Assembly (NCBI RefSeq): GCF_009834535.1
Contig: NC_045696.1
Location: forward strand, 82,214,001-82,278,000
Reading direction: 5' to 3'
DNA length: 64,000 bases
Source: Camelus ferus
Lineage: Eukaryota
The translations under genes were made by a program, and so were the position numbers. This document shows, one piece after another, positions 37,027 through 51,077 of this stretch (positions are counted from its first letter, which is position 1; each line of letters begins with the position of its first letter). Under the pieces are notes generated by a model that worked only from the letters and a program-made list of their open reading frames with translations, ran no database searches and was not told where the DNA came from.

Positions 37027-39650
37027 ACTGACATTAATCACCATTTTGCACAGGTGCTGTTCTGAAGTGTCCCCCTCTCGGGTCTAGTCAAAAATGCAGC
37101 AGACGTTCACAAAAAAATTAATAATCAAATGTCCCCAACTTTTAACTAAACAAAATCCCCCTTGACATAACAGGGACAAATCCCGATCAAAGATAAGTGC
37201 TGTGCGCCACACCTTGGGGTCATAATGCCAGGTGCTCTCGACTGGAAGAAGAAACATGCTTCAGAGGGAAAACAAGTTGCAGCTGGTCGCCGTGCGAATC
37301 AACCACAGAGCTAATATCCTCCAGCTCACCCACGTAGGGAGAGCCCAGAGGAGGCTCTGGGGCAATCAAGGACCAGCCAGAGAGCCAAAACCAGTCAGTC
37401 AAGAAGAGGAAAGGTCAGTTGCAAATATAAGCAACTGCCAGAATGTCAGGTGATTTTCTGGGATGACTTAGGAATTCTTTAGTATAATAGAAAAAATCAG
37501 TGATTTTGCTCTTTTGTCCCTGGGGTTGATGCATTAGTTTTTCTTGTCACCAGTTTTTCCTACTTTCTATCCACCTGCTGTTGCCCTTCTAAAAACACAT
37601 TATGAGAAAAAAGGGTGAGATCTTATCTTTTCCACCTATTAGTGCAAACTGGTATTTCTGCCCCCACTCCTGCCTAAGAAACCATGGTAACAGCCTTTCT
37701 GCCTGGGCAGCTGCAGCTAGAGTGTCCCCCTTGTCACTCAGGAGGGAAAGGTTGCCTATATCTCTGTTCTCAATTAGAGGAAGCTCCTCTGGATTCGAGG
37801 CCTTCCAGCCACGCATTTTGGAACACAATTTCAATTTTGTGGATGTTTAGTTTTATTTGGTGAGCTCGACGAGCTAGCCATATTTCACTGAAACTGTTGA
37901 AGGTGTGAAGAGAGGGTAACGATGAAATGGAACATTGGAGAATGCACCTCCATCTTATAAAACGCCAAAGAAATCTGGCAGTTCTGCCCTGGCCTTTGGG
38001 AGAAACATGCCAGCATGTTTTTCATAAGATAACACCACCTCAAGGTGCTAATTTGAGTTTAGAGAGAGGAATTCTCTGTCCATAAATACAAGCAGCTAAG
38101 GCCAAAGGACTGATCTTTGTTCTTTCAGCAGAACAGAGCTTAGGACACAAGGGCACCTGGGACTGAGTACTCACAGTGATGATGAAGATGATGATGGCTA
38201 ACATTTACTGAGTGCTCCCTCTGGATCAAGCCCTATGCATGTACTTCTTACATACTATCTCACGTAGTCATCACAACAGACCTGTGAGGCAGGCACTATT
38301 ATAACTTTCATCTTACAGATGAGGAGGCTGAGGCAAAGACACAGTTAGACTGGTACTGCTGGTAAGAGACAGAACTGGGATTTGAACCCAAGTCTGTCTG
38401 GCTTCACAAGCTTCTCACCCTCACACACAGCCTTAGGTGGGAGTTGAGTGGATTGGAGCAGAACTTACCCTCTTCCACTCCTCACTCCCACACCGAGGTC
38501 TCAGCCACTGGAATTTCTGAGCCTTTTCTATGTTCTGCTCCTGGTCCTATCTCCCCAGGTTACTCATTTTCTCTTGAAATTGAGGTCTCATCATGCAGTG
38601 ATTACTATTGTGTGGTGCTGGAGTATAACTGTCTACTCTTAGAAAATGCAGGGTGAGCATAAGCCTCTTGAAGCTCTATGTAACGATGCTGGGCACTCTT
38701 TGGCTAAGGGAACTTAAGTCCATAGCTGCCATCTTTCCGGTTCTAGTTTTGGAAGCACTATGATTAAGAATGTAGCAAATCTAGCTGGAAGCCTACTTTA
38801 CATATTCAAAAGGGTAAGGCTTTCCTTTGTTTGCTTGCTCTGGACGCAGATTCCAAACAGGAATGATGCTTATGCAAAGATTTTTCTCATATATTGAAAG
38901 CTAGATGGATACCTGGTGTGCACACTGGCCATGGGAAATCTTGAGTATCCTGGCAGGTTGCTAGGACTTCCATGTGCATGAGACCTCAAAGTCTTGGAAA
39001 ATGAGGTAGGGAATTTTGGGAAGTTACCAATTCCTAGAGCATCAAGATGAAGACTCTCAAACAAAGACATGATGAAGGCTGCCCTTGATTTAGGGGAACT
39101 GGTTTACACTAAAAAGCAGAGAATGTACCATGTCTTGAATGAAAGAAGGAAAGTGGATCCCTGGAGAAGAGTTCAAGGGCAATGGGAGAAGTACTCCAAT
39201 ACCTGCCCACATTTCTCTAGATCCGGGAAATATATCCCAAGTCCCTCAAAGGAGCAGACTACCTTGTGGCTCAAAGAATGTAACAGCCAGTGTAAGTCCA
39301 GGCCACTGGAAGTTAGGCCCAAAAAGCCGTGTTTGTTGGCAGGGGACAATCTCTTCTACAGCTTTAAGGATTACTGCAGTGAAAGGAGAGAGCTGAGAAT
39401 CATATTCCAGTGATAGGGAAGTAGCAGCCACAAACTCAGGCCGCCAAGAAGCAGAACAGGCAATCTGAGCCACAGCTTCACGTGTTGAGAAAGCTTCAGG
39501 AGCAAGACCAGGAGGTCTGCCTTTGAGCCAACAGAAAAAGGAGGAGATCTTGGGGCCTTGAAGCCCACTGACTTCCCTGGAAAACTCAGCGTCCAAGGTA
39601 GTGCAATCGTCCTCAAGGCCAGGGAGCCTGGCGAAATAAAGGTCACCCCA

Positions 39651-40094
39651 TGTTATGGGTTGAATTATGTCCCTCCAAAATTTATGTGTTGAAGTCCTAA
39701 CCCTCAGTACCTCAGAATGTGACCTTACTGGAGATAGGGCCTAGTAATCAAGTTAAAATAAGGTCAGTAGGATGGGCCCTAATCCAGACTGGTGTCCTAA
39801 TAAAAAGGGAATTTGAAATGCTGACATGCACACAGGGAGAACACCATGTGAACATGAAGGCAGAAATCAGAGTGATGTTTCAATGAGCCAAGGTAAAGTA
39901 ACTATTGTCAGTACCCCACCACAAACTAGGGGAGAGGTGTGGAACCAGTTCTTCCTCACAGCCCTCTCGGAAGGAACGAAGCCTACCCTCACCTTGACCT
40001 TCCAGCCTCCAGAACTGTGAGATGATAAATTTCTGTTTTTTACGCCACCCAGTTTGTGCATCTTTGTTATGGCAGCTGTAGGCAACTAATATAC
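39651..40094 (+). mobile_element. MaLR LTR (MLT1C-like)
   Basis: tgttatgggttgaattatgtccc...cagcctccagaactgtgaga...ggcaactaatata. Confidence 0.85.
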
Positions 40095-43000
40095 CCAGTT
40101 CAGTCCTCAGAGCACCAGTACTGGAACATTTTAGTTATAATATCAGGAAACCAAAGGTATGGCAGCTCCCACTATCACAATGAGGTTATGCCCCTTAAAT
40201 CATGTTGTCTCTCCATCTAGGCCATGTTCTGGTGAATGACTAGGATGTCCTCTCTGCTGAAGCACAAGTGTAAATCCTATAAAATCCTACATGCACAAAT
40301 AACCATTCAGTCAACACTTGAACAATGAACAGGCCATTATTATATGCCCAGCAACCATTAATATTTTTAAAACATGACAAACAAAATTGGGTTAAACACC
40401 CAGTTGTCTCCTTTTCAAAGTATTTTGATGAATGGATCCATTGAAGCCTGTCTACAGCATTGCCACCGTGCCAGTCCTCCAGAGGTCAGGTGAGGGTGGA
40501 GAGGAGCAGTGAGTTAGCACATTGGGGCATACAGCAAGGGTCATCTGCTTCAACAACACTTCATGGTTCCTGTATGAAATATTTAATTGCACTAAATGCT
40601 ACAGGATTGCCCTTTCTAGAGCAGAAATCCTGTATGGAAAAATGACCAAGATAATCATGGCCTCTTTTTCTTGGCTTTTCCTTAGAGGTGAAATTAGAGC
40701 AGAGATTTATTGGTCTATTTCATCTAATTTTGTTGGATTCCACTAGAGCCTTTGAAATTCTTGTTTCTGAGGAACATTATCTCTGGTGTGCGATTTAGGA
40801 ATACAAAGAAAGATGGTGATTGGATGAAAGATGGTGGTTGGATATAAGCCTTTAAAAAATCTTTTTATTGTGGATAATTTCAAATATATACTGAAGGAAA
40901 CAGACTAGAACAATGACCCTGAGTGCACTAACTGTGTCACTACAACAGTTACAAACTCATACCTACTCTTGTTTCAGTTATGCTGTCCGCTTCTCCTTCC
41001 CCATCCTGGGTTGTACTGAAGCAAATGCCAGCTATGATATCATTTCATCCACCAATGTTTCTCCAAAACAGAAAGACCTTCAAAAAATTATCATGAACCC
41101 ATCACCACACCTAAAACATTAACAATTCTAAGCAATATCTATTGTCCAGTCAGTGTTCAAGTTTCCCTGTCTCATTGTTTTTGGAAAAGTTGGTTTGTTT
41201 GAGTGAGAATTTTAAAAATGCCCACATGTTGCATTTGGTTTCTGGGCCTTGGGTTTCTTTTAAATCATATGTTCTTTCCCCCCTTCTTTTTCCTCAAAAT
41301 ACATTTGTTTCAGAAAACAGGTTATCTTTCCTGTCGAGTCTCCCAGTTTGATTTTGCTTATTGAATTCCTGTGGTGGTGTTAATATGTTCCACAGCCTCT
41401 ATTTCCTAAAACCTTGTTATAAGGTCTAGGGCTTCCTCTGATTCAGGTTTGATATTTTGGCAGGACCACTTTACACAAAGATGGTGTTGGCCCTCCCAGC
41501 AGGAAGCACATCCTGTTCAGTTCTCTCTTCTTGTGATGTTAATGGCTATCGATAGTCATAGCCTGCATCTTATTTCATTTGAGATTTACCAAATGACAAT
41601 ATTCTGAGTCTACTATTCCTCGCGTGTGACAGTACATCTCACAAAGGAAAGGCAGGTTCAGTGCTTGATTCTTCTCAGAATAATTAGTTGTTTCACTAAC
41701 ATCTTCCAAAGTTGACCAATGAGATTATTTTTGACATATCACTATGAACTCATGACTTTTTAATTTATTTAATATATTTTAATCCATTGTTGGCATCAAT
41801 GCTCCAACTGTCCCATCTTTGACTACTTGGTACTGTTTCAAGTTGGTGCTTGAATCCTGCACATGAGATGTTTAACTGCTTTTGGGAAAATGGCAATAGA
41901 GACCCTTTCCAGAGCTTTCACTCATAGAGCAGTGGTATCCAAACTTTTTTATTCTGAACTCCCATTAGAAAATATTTTCATGTGAAAATTACTGCTCTAT
42001 GTTTATTTATAAATTATACACGTGCTATTAAACATATTATGTGCATAATAAGATACCTTAAATAGAAATTTTAAATGATGAGATAAATTTCAAATACACA
42101 GTATTTTAAAAATGATGGCCACCTGGGAGGTTACTGGATATAGCCCTCTTAGCCAACACAACAGAGCTGGGTGGGGAGAATCTTGGCTATGGCACAGAGC
42201 TCCACCTTTGCCTGGTGAGAAGCCAGGCGTCATAAAAGACACCAGGCTGCTGGCCTCCAATCCTGGTGCCTGGAAAGCTCAGCCCAGTTTCCTGCCAAGA
42301 GTTTGGCCATGAGCACGGCTGAGATTCCTAAAGTATCCTGGCACCCCATCAGGCTCTTTCAATGTCCAACAATCTGGTGAGCAGGCCTGAGTTGGGTAAA
42401 TGTCCAGAAGAGGAGACACACAGGCTCGCTTCAGAGATGTGGAAACAGAATCCTATTCATCCCTCTGAGAAGGAAAAATGTGAAGTTAAGAAGTGTGACT
42501 CCCTTTGAGAAGGGAAGCAGCTCTGATGAAAAAGGACTGGTAAAGCAAATTACTGTAAAAGAACGTTTTCATTGCCTTCCTATTCCGATAAACAAAGCCA
42601 GAGGATAAACAAATATTTACGACTCAGACTGCTACACAGAGGACTTGTTTAAGTAATCTGGTTGAGACAAATTCTCAAAGACTCAAGTAAAGATTTTGCT
42701 CCATCACAAGTAGCAGATTTCCTCGGTTGTGCTTTTATGATACTCAGTTTATGAGGACACTCCTACTGCCAAATTGTTTTGATATCCATCTAAATAGCAA
42801 ACCTTCGTGCTTGTCAATAACTTGGAAACGTGTGGAAATTGTGAAACATTAGAAAGGAAAGGAAGGCTGGTGTTGGAAGTAATGGTGGTTTATGCAAGGA
42901 AGCTGTTATTATCTCTTCAGTATATCTGAACATAAAATCAGCTCTGATTTTCCCAACAGAAGAACAATCTTTTGTTCTCCAAAACAATAAAAAGAAAAGT

Positions 43001-43460
43001 CAGAACAGCATCTGGCTTTCGAAACGGTGGCCACATTCCCTGCCACCATTTTGTAAAAGTTTAAATGCAAATTGGGATAAAATAAAAATTTCTCCTCTGA
43101 CAATTTCTAAACTTAAACATGGAATTTTACTCATAATTTACATCTGTCACAAAGAAAGTTAAGAGCTGGAAGGACCTCAGAGAGTAAGATCATCTTTAAG
43201 AGGAAACAGAAACTTCTAAATTGTTCATTATCTGAAATTTTACTCTAAGTTATTCATTCCTATAAGTTAAGGGTTGCTGACCCTAAAAGAATGGAAATAT
43301 GCCTAGAAAGCAGGATATTTGTTGCTAGCATTGTGCATGAATCAGTCAGTTTTTCTGATTGGAGGGACCCAGGCAGAGATATTTTGCAAATTTTGTATGA
43401 TAATCTCTTCAAATGATGGGAAATGTTTCTACCTATTGATTTTGTTCTATACAAACATTT

Positions 43461-44656
43461 TTTAACATTTTTTATTGATTTATAATCATTTTACAATGTT
43501 GTGTCAAATTCCAGTGTTCAGCACAATTTTTCAGTTATTCATGGACATATACACACTCATTGTCACATTTTTTTCTCTGTGAGTTATCATAACATTTTGT
43601 GTATATTTCCCTGTGCTATACAGTGTAGTCTATTCTACAATTTTGAAATCCCAGTCTATCCCTTCCCACCCTCCACCCCCCTGGTAACCACAAGTCTATT
43701 CTCTGTCTGTGAGTCTATTTCTGTCCTTTATTTACGCTTTGTTTTTGTTTGTTTGTTTGTTTTTGTTTTTGTTTTTTAGATTCCACATATGAGCGATCTC
43801 ATATGGTATTTTTCTTTCTCTTTCTGGCTTACTTCACTTAGAATGACATTCTCCAGGAGCATCCATGTTGCTGCAAATGGCATTATGTTGTCGGTTTTTA
43901 TGGCTGAGTAGTATTCCATTGTATAAATATACCACATCTTCTTTATCCAGTCACCTGTTGATGGACATTTAGGCTGTTTCCCATGTTTTGGCTATTGTAA
44001 ATAGTGCTGCTATGAACACTGGGGTGCAGGTGTCATCCTGAAGTAGATTTCCTTCTGGATACAAGCCCAGGAGTGGGATTCCTGGGTCATATGGTAAGTC
44101 TATTCCTAGTCTTTTGAGGAATCTCCACACTGTTTTCCATAGTGGCTGCACCAAACTGCATTCCCACCAGCAGTGTAGGAGGGTTCCCCTTTCTCCACAG
44201 CCTCTCCAGCATTTGTCATTTGTGGATTTTTGAATGACGGCCACTCTGACTGGTGTGAGGTGATACCTCATTGTAGTTTTGATTTGCTTTTCTCTGATAA
44301 TTAGTGATACTGAGCATTTTTTCATGTGCTTTTTGATCATTTGTATGTCTTCCTTGGAGAATTGCTTGTTTAGGTCTTCTGCCCATTTTTGGATTGGGTT
44401 GTTTATTTTTTTCTTATTGAGTCGTATGAGCTGAGCTGCTTATATATTCTGGAGATCAAGCCTTTGTCGGTTTCACTTGCAAAAATTTTCTCCCATTCCT
44501 GTAGGTTTTCTTCTTGTTTTATTTCTGGTTTCCTTTGCTGTGCAGAAGCTTGTAAGTTTCATTAGGTCCCATTTGTTTATTCTTGCTTTTATTTCTTCTA
44601 GGAGAAAATTTTTTAAATGTATGTCAGATAATGTTTTGCCTATGTTTTCCTCTAGG
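43461..44656 (-). mobile_element. Young 5'-truncated LINE-1 (ORF2 C-terminus plus 3'UTR)
   Basis: ORF 43969..44340 gives L1 ORF2p C-terminal motifs ([34 protein letters not shown]); perfect 18-bp TSD tgttctatacaaacattt at 43443-43460 and 44657-44674. Confidence 0.95.
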
Positions 44657-45894
44657 TGTTCTATACAAACATTTAAGTTCTGTTTTTGTAATACCAACTA
44701 CTCTTACTGAAAAATAAAATTGGACCAATTTTAAGATCTATACTAGAGATTTATCCCAAAAGTTTAGTTCTCAAAATTGGAAACAAAGGTCCTGAGCTTT
44801 TTATTTGGTCATAATCACCTTCACCTTCAGAAGGGCTGGCTATCTCTTCAATTATGTGGTAGTAACTCATTACCCTTACTGATCACTTGTAAAATACCTT
44901 GGGATTCTAAATGATTTTTTTCTACAAATGCTCAGCTTCACCAATTTATCCAAAAAGGAGACAGACAGATTACATCATCATGGAAAAATCTTCCATTCCA
45001 TGTGATTTCCCAACTGGATGAAGTTCTTAGGGGCCCCGGCGGGCAGGCAGATGTTGACAAGACAACTGTGCTCTCTCTATCATGTAAACAAGTAAAAACA
45101 ACTCCAAACTATAAAATACTTGTAGGGAATCCAGCAAAGGATTTCTATTTCTCATGAAGACTGCTTCAATTTTTTTTCAAATATAAAATATCAAATTTTT
45201 CTTAAAAAGAGGTGTTTTAGTGCTTCTCTCTTGGTGATCAGTGTGTGCCTGATCCTCTTCCCCTTGGCTGACTCAGTCCGCATGTTCTTGTCACAAAAGA
45301 TAACTTGCTACATAAAGTTGGATGTGTGTCAGTTTCTCGGGAACAGGCTTACCAGTTAATAAACAAGTTTTATTAAGCATTTGCTGATGTCCAGTACTGT
45401 GCTGAGCACTGCAGGGAACTCTAAGACTTGTAAGTATGAAGGTGGTACATCATTCAGAGTGTTTATAATCTGGTTAAGAAAGACAAGTTACGTGAAAAAC
45501 AAGGCAACAACCAAACGTCAGTCGTTAGGCAACATGGGTCTGGAACTGAGTGTCTGAGAAGCACTTTGGAAAGAAGTTGGACTTGTGGGTTGTTTTGTAC
45601 TACTTAAATTTTATTTTACATTTGGAGTAAAAAGGTTCAAAGTTCCAAAAGTTAAAAATTCCAAAGACCTTCCTTCCTCCCCTATACTTTAACTCCAACT
45701 TCCCTCCTCAAAGGCAATCGATATTACTGTCTTTTTGTATCCTTTTTTCAGAGATGTTTTGTGCATATGTAAATGTGAGTAGGTATATTCTCCCCCTTTA
45801 AAATTACAAATGTAGCTACCTCTGTGCCTTGAAACACAGAGTGGTAGTATGGTATAACTACTAAAAGCCGAGGCTTTGGGTAGTGGGCTGAGGG

Positions 45895-46505
45895 AAATAG
45901 ATGAGGGGGATGAAGAGGTACAAACTCCAGGAGCACGATAAATGAGTCATGGGGATGAAATGTACAGAGAGGGAAATACAGTCAATAATAATGTAATACC
46001 TTTACATGATGACAGATGGTAACTAGACTTATCATGGTGATCATTTTGTATAGTGTACAGAAATACTGTATTACTATGTTGTGCACCAGGAACTAAGACA
46101 GTATTGTAGGTCAAGTATATGTCAAGAAAAAAACCAAACTCATAGAAAAAGATAAGATTTGTGGTTGCCAGAGGCAGGAGGTAGGCAGGGAGAAGGAATT
46201 GGAGGAAGACGGTCAGAAGGTATAACCTTCCAGTTATAAGTAAGTCCTAGGGATATAATATACATGATTAATATAATTAACACTGCTGTATGTTGTATAT
46301 GAAAGCTAAGAGAGCAAATCCTAAGAGTTCTCATCATAAGCAAAAAAAAATTTTTTTTTCTTTTCTTTTGTATCTATGTGAGATGATGGATGTTCACTAA
46401 ACTTATATGATAATCATTCCATCATGTAAGTCAAATCATCATTGCTGTACACCTTAAACTTATTAAGTGCTGTATGTTAATTGTATCTCAATAAAACTGG
46501 AAGAA
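45895..46505 (+). mobile_element. LINE-1 3' end (L1MA/L1MB-like)
   Basis: ggtacaaactccag...gtacaccttaaactta...ttgtatctcaataaaactggaa tail. Confidence 0.75.
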
Positions 46506-46589
46506 AAACAAAGCTAAGATTCTGAAGCCTGTGTTCTTGAGGTGGGAAGCCCCATGAAAAAGACGGCAGGACCTCCAAGCAGGGCCACT

Positions 46590-47046
46590 GCTCTCCTGCC
46601 AGCACCATCCAGTTCCCTGGCCCTGCAGCATTACCTTGCTTTTTGCCTTTGAAACGGCTTGCTTCTAGAAAAGCAGAACTTACCACTAAGATTCTATTGG
46701 TTCCCTATGCTAACTCCTAATTGGTCCATTTGTAGCACCTTATTTGCATGGAGCTCACTCCTGGTTAGCCCATTTCTGTCACTCCTGATCAGTCCATTTC
46801 TACAAAGCTCATTCCTAATTAGTCAACTTTGTTACACCTTATTTGCATATGATACTGCAAAGTGTAGACTGGCAGCCTATAAAAGCCTGTGTAAACCTAC
46901 AGACGGGGTCCAGAGCTTGGAGTGTTAACTCCTCTGGGCCCGCCGGTGTAATAAACCTGAGTTCTCCAACCTTCCAAGTGCTGCTTGGTCGCTTGCCAGG
47001 ATCCAGGTTGCTGTCACAACCTAGCTGTAACACTGAGCCGTAACAC
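46590..47046 (+). mobile_element. Solo LTR
   Basis: cctataaaagcc TATA, gtaataaacctgag polyA, ends ccgtaaca. Confidence 0.6.
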
Positions 47047-50035
47047 ACTTTGCTGCAACATTCCAATCTTGGCTCTGTCATTTTTTTTTTTTTTTTTTTT
47101 ACCAGTGTGACCTTGGGCAAAAGTTACTGAGACTGTTTTCCAGTCTCTAAAATGGAGGAAAGTATGAGTACCTGTCTCTTAAGGTTGTTAAGGATTAAAC
47201 GAGCTAATGCATATTAAATACTTAGAACAGCGCCTAGCACGTAGAAAGCACTGTAATATGTTAAATATCACTATTTTCACTTAATACATCTTGGAGATTG
47301 TTCCATATCAGCATAAACAGAGGACTTATTGATTTACTTGCAATTGCTTAATATTTCATTGAAGGACATGCTATATTGTGCTTGGCCTTAAATGATGAGT
47401 AATATTTAGAAAATTAGGAAAACAGTGCTGTCATGCTGCCTCAGGAGGTAGAGCAAAAGTAACATATTATCACTATGCACTTCCAACTGGCTAAAATTTA
47501 AGACTGACCATACAGTGTTGGCAAGGACGTGGAACAACTGGAACTTTTTCACACACTGCCGATGAGTATGTAAAACGGTGTGACCATTTTGGAAAGCAGT
47601 GGCAGTTTGGCAACTTCTTACGAACTTAAACACACATCTGTCTCATGAGTTAACCATTGTACTGCTAAGTATTCACTTGAGAGAAAGAAAAACATACTTG
47701 TCACTAGCAAAGCCCACTGAGGTCTCTGGGAAAAATAAGATGAAATCTAGGTGATAAGGTCTAACCTCTTCTTTTGTGCTTAATCTAGTTTCACTTGCCT
47801 ATAGGTGGCCGTGTAAAGAGGCTTTGCACCTAACACTTTGGATTAGAGCTCCCAGCGAAGAACTGTGCTCCCGACAACCCAACTTGGCAGGCCATGTGCA
47901 GAAGTGCTGCTCTCAACCCCTCAATTCAAGGTGACTGTATACCATGTGCAGAGATGCTGCACCTGGCATTTCAGTCTGAAGTGTAGGGAGCAACACGATA
48001 GTGCTGGAACTGCAAGAACTCCACCCCTTCCCTCCGCAGATGAAAACTCTATGAAGCAACCCTGCCAAGGGCCTTTCGGAGAGAGCAAGTACTTTAGAGC
48101 ATGAGGTCACACCTCTCCATTCTTTGATCAAAGAATAAAGCTTTCCTTTGCTTCTGAACCAAACTCGGTCTCATTCTATTGGTATGAGTGACACCAGGCA
48201 GAAGGATCCTTGTTGGCACCCAACTCAAAAGCATAGGTAACAAATTCTGGCAACCCTGATGGGATGGACCATGGCCTTTTTGCCTGCATGTATCCACCAG
48301 GCTCCAGGGGGAAATGACAGAAGCTTTGGGAGGTTTCCGTGAGGATGATCAACTCTAGTCTTTGAGTACACTCTGAAGGGGAAGAATGGCAGCAGTCTTT
48401 GGCCAAATTCAGAGCAACTCTGCCCAGAAACCCAGGTGCAGTGTGCACAGAGTGTAGCCCCCAGAATCATCTGGTCTGTGCCCACTTGAGGGGAGCATAC
48501 TGTGGCATCACTAGGGATTGGAGACTAAAACTCATGCATGTCTGCCCACTGCCTGTGGCTGGCCTTCCAGCATTACTGGATGCCCTTGGAACAAGATGGT
48601 ATAGAAACAGTAGACAATCTATTCCAGTTGTCCTGGCCTAGGAAGTGAGCCTCCCAGAACTCTGAAGAGGAATGGTTCACAGACAGGAGCAGTTTTATGA
48701 GGGAGGGAAAAAGGCTGGCAGGATATGCAGTAACCTCCCAGACCCAGGTAATAGAAACAAGAAGCCTATCCCCAGGGACCCCTGCCTAAAAGGTGGAGCT
48801 GACAGCCCTCACCTGAGCCTTGAAGCTCAGGACAGAGATCTTCAGTGTTTACACAGATTCCCAGCATAGTATGCATATGCCATCCTACATGCATACAGGG
48901 TTATTTGGAAGGAAAGAGGTACGCTTCCTGCAGAGAATAAACAGGTGAAGCATACCGAAACTCTTAGAAGCAGCACAGCTTCCCAAAAAGGTGGCAGTGA
49001 TTCACTGTAGGGGTCACTAAAAGGGAATGCAGAGGTCATAAAGGAAATAAGGTAGATGCAGCTGCCAAAAGGGCAGTCCTAGAACCAGTAATTTGACAAC
49101 TATCCCTCATACCTTGAAGGCCAGATCTATTCAATTATTCCCCAATCTATGCAAAGGAAAAAATAGACAAAGCCAGAACATGCGGCTTCAACAGGAATTT
49201 GCTGTCACCTCATGGCAAACAAATTTCTTGTATAATGTGACCAGAGATATTCAGGAATAATGGACTTCCCTAATTGTTACATTTGTCACATCCAACCTGA
49301 AATAGGAAAGGACAATCACACACATTTAAAAGGAACCCCAATAACTGAGAAGCACTAAAGACCTTCCTCCTCTCAGCAGGCAAAAACTGTAAATAAGTTG
49401 AAGTCGAAACTAGTCTCAGTTGTGACACTCATGGACCAACAGCATCAACAACGTGTTAATCCGGCAGTCCGACGAGGGAAAGCGCAGCCGAGTTTGGCAC
49501 CTGGGTGCCCCAGGAGGGCCCTAGGTATACTTACATGGATAAAAAAAAAAAACAAACAAACAACAGAGCACTGACTCTTTGAGGATTCAAGCCAATGGCA
49601 TAGGGCCAGTGTGCTTAGAAAGAGGATACATGTTCTTGGGTAAGCCCCTAAATGCAAACTACCTGTGAAGCAGCCCAAATCTTTAAACACCAAACAAAAA
49701 TCTGTTGGCTCACTGGTCAGTATGGTCCTAAATGACTGAATTGGCCCTAGATTAATCTGTTGGCTGACAAGAGAGGGGCCTGTGCACTGGCCAGTTAGTC
49801 ATGTTGATTTTACATCAATTCAAGTGGCCTGATTGAAGAAAGTGCAGACAGGCCACTGGAAAAGAGCAGCTTGGCTACCAGAAGCCAGCCAGCCTAATCT
49901 GACCTAACAAATTTAGAGCTGGGTAAAACAGGTCCTTCCCACTACCCCTTGGTTTCTACATTTCTGGGGCCGCTTAATCACCGTTGTCCTCTTGCTGATA
50001 TTTGGGCTGTGTATCTTAAATTGTCTGGCGTCCTT

Positions 50036-50526
50036 TGTTATAAGTTTATAAGACAGGCTGGGACCTGGGACCTGCAACCCTTTACCACGGTGTTTGCACC
50101 TGGACAAATGTCTCCTTGAGCAACAGAACACGAAGAAACTATAAGGAACTAAAAATAACTTCACCCATGCACAGTTGGGGCAATTAAGAACAATAAAATA
50201 CAAAAAGGCCACAAACCAACTGCCACTTCTGAGGTGCCAGGAGCAATAGGAGGGACCTGCGCATAATCTCTGCACACAGCACCACCAAGGGGGTGGGCAG
50301 ACCACCTAAGTTATGCCTCCTGCCCCACCCATGGACCCACCCCTGTTCTTACCCACTTCAGGAACCAGCTTGCCCTCCCCTTGGGAAGTAAGCAAGGGCA
50401 CCTGTTTCTTGTTTTCACTCCCTCCTGCTGTAGCACTAGTTCCAGTAAAGCCTTGCCTGAATTTCTCATCCTGTCCTCTTATCAATTTCTATTGATTAAA
50501 CAGGCCAAGGACCCAGGTAGGTAACA
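50036..50526 (+). mobile_element. Solo LTR nested inside the ERV
   Basis: tgtta...gtaaca ends, agtaaa polyA-like signal, sequence unrelated to the host ERV LTRs. Confidence 0.7.
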
Positions 50527-50989
50527 GAATCTGTAAAACTTCAAATGGCAATCACTTTAGGGATGCGAACAGTTAGGGCTAAGGCTTGGTGACAATCAAA
50601 CACATTTAAAAGCAGCTGGGGAGAAGCTCTGCTCCTCTACTCAGGGTTAAGATGATGCCAGAAATCAGCAGGCAGCGGTTACAAAACGAGTGCCTCTCAA
50701 AATGAGGAGCAAAAGACAGAGGAGGGGTTGTCACCGGCAAAATCCGCTTGTTAATGATTCCAGGGAAAGAAAAACAGAATCTGGGTAATAAAATAAAGTC
50801 TAACCTTTTTTCTTTTCCTTTGTGCTTCCTGTAGTTTCTTCATAGGGTACTGGCCGCAGAGGGCTCGCACCTTGTAGTTCAGCGTTCCTCCTGTGAAAAG
50901 GCTGCATCGGACACCTCAGCTTGGTAGGCCTTGTACAGAGATGCTGAGCCTGGCGTGATGATCTGGGGCTGTGAGTGGTCCAGCTAGGC

Positions 50990-51077
50990 CTGCCCCGCGA
51001 GAAGTCTCTGCCCCGCGAGAAGTCTGCCCCGCGAGAACTCTCTGCCCCGCGAGAACTCTCTGCCCCGCCAGAACTCC
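50990..51077 (+). repeat. CpG-rich minisatellite, about 5 x 16-18 bp (ctgccccgcgagaa[g/c]tct)
   Basis: Directly visible tandem units inside the ERV 3' LTR. Confidence 0.95.

Noticed and set aside
37232..37453. Plus-strand ORF with faint FOS/ATF bZIP flavour (QRENK..AAGR)
   Set aside because: Needs several frameshifts and has no leucine heptad; the opposite strand has a well-bounded exon-like segment that fits the surrounding chain
38870..39646. Cluster of 66-116-aa ORFs on both strands
   Set aside because: No convincing splice sites or motifs; adjacent to a MaLR LTR and possibly retroviral internal sequence
40430..40520. SLLL...EDWHGGN resembling the PI3K/PI4K catalytic loop DRHNGN
   Set aside because: Spacing is off, there is no DFG equivalent, and neighbouring segments point to thioredoxin folds
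50990..51077. CRISPR-like repeat array
   Set aside because: Head-to-tail units with no unique spacers, in a mammalian LTR: a minisatellite
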